From Chloroflexota bacterium (GTDB taxonomy: Bacteria > Chloroflexota > Dehalococcoidia > Lucifugimonadales > UBA3495), in assembly GCA_027623675.1 (NCBI GenBank), contig JAQBVF010000014.1, positions 18,242-82,241 of the forward strand: a stretch of 64,000 nt of DNA, in the 5' to 3' direction. The notes beneath the pieces are model-generated. The model saw nothing but the letters and a program-made list of their open reading frames with translations, had not been told where the DNA came from and did no database searches. Below, one piece after another: positions 58,222 through 64,000 of the stretch. The stretch's first letter is position 1, and the number at the start of each line of letters is the position of its first letter. The position numbers and the translations under genes were made by a program.

Positions 58222-58301
58222 TGTGTAACTCCTTTATCGTTGAATCTGCTTCTTTAGGATGTCGACCAGCCTCCGCCGGTCCGTTGGTTAGTTGAAGGCC
58301 C

Positions 58302-59354
58302 TTAGATACGGGACGGTTCCAACACGCGGCTGGGCAGCTGCTGGCGCAGCGCCGGTGCGATGTCGCTCTGGAACAACTCCAGCGTTGCCCGGTGCTGGGC
58401 TGGCGTTAGGCCGGCGCCATCGGAGTTCAGGGCGAGCACTTCGTGGCCCATCTCTTCGTGATACCGGTGCACCTTGTCGATGATCTGCTGCGGGCTGCCG
58501 ATCAACGCCGAACTGCGCTCGACGGCGTCCTCCACCGAATGGAACACCACCGGCATACCCTGCCTGGCGAACGCCGCCTTCCGGGCCTCGAACACCGGCC
58601 GGTAGGTGTTGATCGCTTCCTGAGAATCCTTGGCGGCGTAGTATCCAGCCGTGCCTGCGCCGACCAGGGCGTCTGCCGGATCGCGGCCGTGGAACGCCCA
58701 GCGCTCCCGGTAGTGGCGGACCAACGCGGCATACGGTTCGATGGGATTCGTTACGTTGGCCGAGAATAGCGGGTCACCCCATTTGGCGGCCAGTTCCACC
58801 GACGCCTCGCTGGTGGCGCTGCCGTGCCATACGCGGACCGGCTGCTGCAGGGGACGGGGCCAGGTCTCCGCTTCGTCCAGCGATGGCCGGAACTTGCCGG
58901 ACCAGGTGACTTTATCCTCCCGCCACAACCTGCGAAAGAGCTCGTACCCCTCGCGGTTGCGCTCCCACTGGTCCTCCGCCGTAACGTGGAATAATTGGGC
59001 TTGGGCGGCGCCGTTGCCCTTTCCAATCATTACCTCCAACCGGCCCCCGCTGAGGTGGTCCAGCGTGGCGTAGTCCTCGTAGGCCCGCACCGGGTCCAAC
59101 AGGCTGAGGGTGGTCACCGTGGTGAACAGCCTGATGGTGGATGTCCGAGCGGCGATGTGACTCAGAATCACCGGAGGCGACGACGACAGGAAAGGGCGCT
59201 CATGCCTCTCCCCAACGCCGTACCCGTCGAAACCCAATTCCTCGACCAGGGCGGCGTTGTCGACCACCGCCCGCAACCGCTCCGTGGTGGTCGGCTGGAT
59301 CCCGGTGACCGGGTCCGGACCGTGGGGAACGAGTGTCATGGCCAGGAATCTCAT
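58302..59354 (-). CDS. LLM-class (luciferase-like) flavin-dependent monooxygenase
   Basis: EELGFDGYGVGERH, SSPPVILSHIAART, DPVRAYEDYATLDHLSGGR; AGGAGAGG RBS before ATG 59354. Confidence 0.92.
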   Translation of the reverse strand: MRFLAMTLVPHGPDPVTGIQPTTTERLRAVVDNAALVEELGFDGYGVGERHERPFLSSSPPVILSHIAARTSTIRLFTTVTTLSLLDPVRAYEDYATLDHLSGGRLEVMIGKGNGAAQAQLFHVTAEDQWERNREGYELFRRLWREDKVTWSGKFRPSLDEAETWPRPLQQPVRVWHGSATSEASVELAAKWGDPLFSANVTNPIEPYAALVRHYRERWAFHGRDPADALVGAGTAGYYAAKDSQEAINTYRPVFEARKAAFARQGMPVVFHSVEDAVERSSALIGSPQQIIDKVHRYHEEMGHEVLALNSDGAGLTPAQHRATLELFQSDIAPALRQQLPSRVLEPSRI

Positions 59355-59736
59355 GCGGGTCCTCTCCTGGAGCCAACTGGGGTCAACCAGGGTCACTTGA
59401 ATCGGAATGGTTCGTCGGGAAAGGGGCTGCGCCTATGAGGATAGGGGAGCACAGCCGCAATATCAAGAATCGGAAGGGTGTATCCCAACGAACTGCCGTG
59501 CGCATCGATTCAACAAGTCGTCTTGTCCGGTCCTGCCGTCGACCGACCTAGATGGCACTTAGATCACCGGCCTGCTTCGGTTGGGGTGGACCGCAGGCAG
59601 GCGAAGGCTGATTCAAGCTATGATTGTTCCGGAGAATCGATAAAGGACATCTGCCCGCGATGCCATTCCGGCGGCTAACGCGGGGATATGGACAACGTCT
59701 CCTGAATCTCCCTTAATCTCATCAAGGAAATGAATC

Positions 59737-60642
59737 ATGGAACTGGTGATCGAGCTTTTCCATACCTACTTCCGGAAGTTGCATCAGTTGGTCCTGGACG
59801 CCGACGAAGAAGACCGGGGGCGAGGCGTGCTGGGTCTGGTCGCCGGACGGGATGAGACCGAGGACGTTGAGATCGGCATCGACAAGGCCGCCTACACGCT
59901 CTTCAGCGAGATTCTAGAAGAATTCCAGGCGCGTTATCCCGGCAAGCTGGACGCCCAGTTCCACCACGAGCATAATCACGCCGGAACGGCCTCGGAGGAC
60001 CCCAAGATACGGATCGACCTGGACCCGGTGGACGGCAGCGACGAGTACCGCCGAAGGATCAGGAACTCCGTCTACAGCGCCGTTTCCGCCAGAGATGCCA
60101 AGACCATGCGCCCCCTTGCAGCGGCCACCCTGGACATCCACGCCGGCATGATTTACACCGTGGGCGAGGACCGGCAGGTGACCGTTGAATTCCTTCGCAG
60201 CGGCCGGAAAACCACCGCCAAGCCGGCCCAGCACACCGCGCTCTCGGACGACGGTATTGTCGGCGCCGCCTACGTGGGCCGGATGAAATACCTATCGCCC
60301 TGGATGGCGGCGTTTCAAGACATCCTTTCCCGAGAAGAGCACCAGGGAGTCTCCCTGCATGGCAAGGGAGGGTCCTTCGTCTACGCCTTTATGGCGGCGG
60401 GGGTTTTCTCCTTCTACGCCATGCCCAACGAACCGGTTGACGAGATCCTGCCCGGCCTGGCCTTCGCCGAACTGGCGGGTTTCCCCGTGTTGGTCAAGGA
60501 AGAGGACGGCCGGTGGAGGCCATTCGATATCCGCGCTCATGGCACACAAGAAAGCGTCCCCTTCCTGGTGGTCGCCTGCACTCAGGAGCTTGCCCGGGAA
60601 CTTACGGATGCCGTGGACCGGTCTTCCTCGGTCCGATCCTAG
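59737..60642 (+). CDS. Divergent inositol monophosphatase / FBPase (FIG) superfamily protein
   Basis: DLDPVDGS motif, upstream IDKAA and HHEH elements at the expected positions; AAGGA RBS. Confidence 0.7.
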   Translation: MELVIELFHTYFRKLHQLVLDADEEDRGRGVLGLVAGRDETEDVEIGIDKAAYTLFSEILEEFQARYPGKLDAQFHHEHNHAGTASEDPKIRIDLDPVDGSDEYRRRIRNSVYSAVSARDAKTMRPLAAATLDIHAGMIYTVGEDRQVTVEFLRSGRKTTAKPAQHTALSDDGIVGAAYVGRMKYLSPWMAAFQDILSREEHQGVSLHGKGGSFVYAFMAAGVFSFYAMPNEPVDEILPGLAFAELAGFPVLVKEEDGRWRPFDIRAHGTQESVPFLVVACTQELARELTDAVDRSSSVRS

Positions 60643-60828
60643 CCAGCTTCCCGGTCGACACCAGAGCGCGGGCAAGACCACGCCACGAAACGGTAGCAAA
60701 CTAGGGCGCGACGGTATAAGATAACGCCGTCCATTTAATGCCGGTTTTCCTCCCCGATACAGTCGGCCGACCCATCGCCGATGACGCGCGGACTCCGGTA
60801 TCGCAAACGTACAGGAGGGTTAAACCCC

Positions 60829-61584
60829 ATGAAGATCGCCAGATATCTCGCCCACGGCCAGATCAGCTACGGAGCCGTGGTGGGAGACGCGGTTAAAGAG
60901 TTGAGCGCCAGCCCCTTCGAGGCGTACACCATCACCGACCACACCCATAAGATAGCCGATGTCCAGCTGTTGGCCCCCTGTGAGCCAACCAAAGTCTTGG
61001 CAATCGGCCTGAACTACTCCAGCCACCTGCACGACCGCCCCGCGCCCACCGAGCCCATGGTCTTCTACAAGACTCCAACCTCGGTCATCGGCCCGGGCGA
61101 GACGATCATCCGGCCCAAGGGCACCGAAAAGCTGGACGCCGAAGCCGAGTTGGTCATCGTGATCAAGGACCGCTGCCACAAACTGACCAAGGCGAATGCC
61201 ATGGAGCACGTGCTTGGCTACACCTGCGGCAACGATGTCTCCGCCCGAGACTGGCAGCGCGACGACCGCAACTGGTGGCGGGCCAAGTCCTCGGATACCT
61301 TCAGCCCCGCGGGTCCCTATATCGAGACCGACCTCGACCCCCATAATGTCCGGGTAACCGGGCGCATCAATGGAGGCGAAGTCCAGAGCGAGAGCACAAC
61401 CTACCTGATCTTCGACGTCCCGACCATCCTGGAGTTTGTCACCGAGTACGTGACCCTGGAGCCGGGCGACATGATCTACACCGGCACCCCCGGTGAACCT
61501 CAGGAGATGAAGGACGGCGACGTCTGCGAGATCGAGGTTGAGGGAATCGGAGTCCTTAGCAACCCCATCAAACTGGAGAGCTAG
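60829..61584 (+). CDS. Fumarylacetoacetate hydrolase family protein
   Basis: IGLNY..H, EAEL, GYTCGNDVSARD, RAKSSDTF.P.GP, LEPGDMIYTGTP; AGGAGG RBS. Confidence 0.93.
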   Translation: MKIARYLAHGQISYGAVVGDAVKELSASPFEAYTITDHTHKIADVQLLAPCEPTKVLAIGLNYSSHLHDRPAPTEPMVFYKTPTSVIGPGETIIRPKGTEKLDAEAELVIVIKDRCHKLTKANAMEHVLGYTCGNDVSARDWQRDDRNWWRAKSSDTFSPAGPYIETDLDPHNVRVTGRINGGEVQSESTTYLIFDVPTILEFVTEYVTLEPGDMIYTGTPGEPQEMKDGDVCEIEVEGIGVLSNPIKLES

Positions 61585-61617
61585 AGCCGGTCTAGCCCCC
61601 CAAGCCGATCTGATAAA

Positions 61618-61652
61618 TCGAGGCCGCGTTATACGCGGCCTCGACGTTTTCT
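61618..61652. terminator. Intrinsic terminator between convergent genes
   Basis: TCGAGGCCGCGT-TAT-ACGCGGCCTCGA followed by cGTTTT. Confidence 0.75.
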
Positions 61653-61662
61653 TGGCCAACCG

Positions 61663-62499
61663 CTAGGCCGGGTCAACCCGCCGGATGGTGAATAACTCCG
61701 AGGCCATGATTTCCGGAATCCGGGGAGTCAGAGACTCGAAATCGTCGCTGACCGCAGAGATCATTCTCCCGCTAAGCCCGCCGGCCCCGCTTCCGGCCAG
61801 CCAAACGGCCAGATCGGCGCAACGATCCATGGACGCGCCGCCGCCGGACGTGACCCGCAGCCCCGTTTCATGTATCTGGCCAGCGCCCGCGCGGGCGGCA
61901 GCTTCCGTCATCTCGTCCCACATCCCGGTATGGACCGAGCCTGGCCCCAGGGCGTTCACCGTTACGCCCGTCCCAGCCAGTTCCAGGGCCAGCACTTCGG
62001 TCATCCGCACCACCGCGGCCTTGCTGGAGCAATAGGCCGAAAGATTGGCCCAGGCGTTGGCGGCTCCCGCGCCCGAAAGGTTGACGATCCGGCCCGATCC
62101 CTGCCGCCGCATAACCGGCGCCGCCGCCCGGCAGCACAGGTAGGAACCGATCAGGTTGACCTGCACGGTGTTGATCCAGGCGTCCATGTCGTTGTCCTCA
62201 AGACGGCCGATGGGGCCGGCGATCCCCGTGTTATTGACCAGGATATCGATGCTGGAATAGCGTTCCACGGTGGCGGCGGTCAGATGTTCCACCTGAGCGG
62301 GGTCGGTCACATCGGTGCTGGTGACAATGACCTCGGCGTCGAGTTTCCGGCACAGTCCGGCGGTTTCTTCCAGTTCGGAGACACTCCGGGCGGCCAGGGA
62401 CAGGCGCGCCCCCTCCCTGGCGTAGGCCAGAGTGATGGCCCGGCCGATCCCCCGGCCCGCTCCGGTGATTAAAGCAACTTTGTTCTCAAGCTCAGGCAT
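61663..62499 (-). CDS. SDR family oxidoreductase
   Basis: TGAGRGIG, LVNNTG, YCSSK, VNALGPG. Confidence 0.9.
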   Translation of the reverse strand: MPELENKVALITGAGRGIGRAITLAYAREGARLSLAARSVSELEETAGLCRKLDAEVIVTSTDVTDPAQVEHLTAATVERYSSIDILVNNTGIAGPIGRLEDNDMDAWINTVQVNLIGSYLCCRAAAPVMRRQGSGRIVNLSGAGAANAWANLSAYCSSKAAVVRMTEVLALELAGTGVTVNALGPGSVHTGMWDEMTEAAARAGAGQIHETGLRVTSGGGASMDRCADLAVWLAGSGAGGLSGRMISAVSDDFESLTPRIPEIMASELFTIRRVDPA

Positions 62500-62525
62500 A
62501 CTCCTCCGTTATCCGGGGCGACTGG

Positions 62526-63626
62526 TTAACGCCAGGGATATATCAGGCTTCCCTGAGCGAACGGTGGTGGCCAAACGATAATCTTACGGCCGTCTTGCCA
62601 CTGGACCAGCAGCGTCTCGCGTCCGGTCTGCCGCCCAGTCTCGCCTACGATCTCGAACCTGCCATAAAACGTCGTGAAACTCAAGTTTGACGCCGCCTCT
62701 CGCAGGGCGTGGCTGTCGGCTGTGCCGGCCTCTTCCAGGCATCTCTGTACCACGACTCCGGCGGCGTAGGCCTGGGCCATGGGATAGTCGACAAACTGGT
62801 GGCCGTCGCGGCGCAATGAGGCAGTCACCTGCTCGGTGGCGGGGCCGAAATCGGGCGCGTATCGTGCTTCCGGTTCCCATTGACTGGGCCCCAGGAACCG
62901 GTCGGCCAGACCGCTCAGCGCATCCTGGAACCCCTGTATGCCCGCGGCCACCACGGATACCACGCCAACCTTGGTCCCACTCTCCGCCAACTGGCGGGCC
63001 AGGAGGATGTCGTTCTGCATGCGGCCGACGACAACCGCCACATCGGGCCTGGCGGCGGCTATGGCGCCCACGGTGGCTGTGAAATCTTCCGATGCGGCTG
63101 GGAATTCGATGGCTGGCCAGGCTGTGAAGCCCTGGTCTGCCGCGCCAATCTCGACGCCGGAGCAGACCGCCCTGGGAAATTCGCCGGTCGCCGCCCGGGC
63201 CAACGCCACCGTGCCTGCCGAGGGGTCGGTCCGGCGCACCAGAGGGAGCAAGCCTTCCAGATAGCGGCTGGCCGGGGTCAAGATGCCAACGGTCCAGCGG
63301 TAGCCTTGCCGGTAAACGAGTTCCGACGCGCCTCCCTGGTTCCACATCAGTTTGCCATGGGATTCGGCAACCTGGGCCGCGGCGGAAGTTAGCGCGCTGG
63401 AGTAGGGGCCGATCAGGATATCGACTTTGTCATCGACGATCAAACGCCGGGTGCCCTCCCGCACGGTCGCCGGGTCGCTGGCGTCGTCATAGTGGATGAC
63501 TTTGAAACCGCCCGGAGTGCGGGCGTTGGCGTCGCGGGCCCAGGCTTCCAGTCCGGCCAGGGCTTGGCGTCCCATCGACCGGTACTGCCCGCTGAGGGAC
63601 ACGGGCATGCCCACCAGCAAAGTCAC
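62526..63626 (-). CDS. Branched-chain amino acid (LivK-like, PBP type 1) binding protein lacking a signal peptide
   Basis: VSLSGQY, YDDASDP, LIGPYSS, TFYG, VQWQDG..IVWP; an in-frame TAA sits two codons upstream of the start. Confidence 0.8.
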   Translation of the reverse strand: MTLLVGMPVSLSGQYRSMGRQALAGLEAWARDANARTPGGFKVIHYDDASDPATVREGTRRLIVDDKVDILIGPYSSALTSAAAQVAESHGKLMWNQGGASELVYRQGYRWTVGILTPASRYLEGLLPLVRRTDPSAGTVALARAATGEFPRAVCSGVEIGAADQGFTAWPAIEFPAASEDFTATVGAIAAARPDVAVVVGRMQNDILLARQLAESGTKVGVVSVVAAGIQGFQDALSGLADRFLGPSQWEPEARYAPDFGPATEQVTASLRRDGHQFVDYPMAQAYAAGVVVQRCLEEAGTADSHALREAASNLSFTTFYGRFEIVGETGRQTGRETLLVQWQDGRKIIVWPPPFAQGSLIYPWR

Positions 63627-63758
63627 GGCTTAGGTCCGGCGTAAATCAATCCATCCCCCAAGCGGTTCAACCGGAAGTTCATTCGATGATTCAGCCTGTT
63701 GTTCAGCCGGTTGTTCAGCCGGCCGCACGTAAACGACCCTGAAACGTGGCCGCGCCGC

Positions 63759-64000
63759 CTAGAATTTGGGGCGGAATAGGCCAAAGGAGCTGGTGTAGCC
63801 GTGCAGGAAGGTGGTCCCGCTCACCGGTCCAATCTCGCCGTTGCAGAAGAACCCACCCAGGGGCACCGTGCCCAGTTTCTCTTGGAACATGTCCGTGTCG
63901 TGGTTGGGCTTGCCGTAGAGGAATTGGCCCCGTCCCAAACAGGAGAACAACAGGGCTCCGGGGACCTCGTTCTCCCGGTTCTCGGAGGCGTAGCGGTCGA
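63759..64000 (-). CDS. FIST domain protein, C-terminal part (runs off window)
   Basis: GALLFSCLGRG..LYG....D and GGFFCNGEIGP....FLHGYTS FIST_C motifs. Confidence 0.85.
   Translation of the reverse strand, partial: DRYASENRENEVPGALLFSCLGRGQFLYGKPNHDTDMFQEKLGTVPLGGFFCNGEIGPVSGTTFLHGYTSSFGLFRPKF

Overview
GC-rich bacterial chromosomal segment, most likely from Chloroflexota, class Dehalococcoidia (SAR202-like). This taxonomy is inferred from a peptidoglycan-free rsmH-ftsA-ftsZ-nrdR cluster, the luciferase-like, xanthine dehydrogenase, amidohydrolase and SDR paralog repertoire, and Firmicutes-like housekeeping synteny. It holds about 55 CDS: a Fe(III) ABC pair, a Fur/Zur-led metal uptake operon, pepA, padR-HAAS, proC, pdxA, nrdJ/nrdR, ftsZ/ftsA/rsmH, tig-clpP-clpX, purN, xseAB, efp-pepP-aroQ-xerC-topA-dprA, korAB, ccmE with ccmABCD, and several catabolic oxidoreductases. 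No rRNA, tRNA, CRISPR array or transposase was seen. Best leads: (1) a His-rich fused CydDC-like exporter-fold ABC protein embedded inside a zur-znuA-znuC-znuB operon; (2) two unannotated structured RNAs, each with its own terminator, directly after ftsZ (6S-like) and after nrdJ; (3) tandem NrdR boxes over the nrdR promoter, plus an unknown 83-aa gene between nrdR and nrdJ; (4) an EF-P with a non-canonical KMQQR tip; (5) TopA with a histone-H1-like N-terminal tail; (6) a signal-peptide-less LivK-like binding protein next to a FIST gene; (7) a frameshifted tandem USP gene; (8) pervasive 11-15 bp intergenic tandem duplications. All calls come from reading motifs by eye; no database searches were run.
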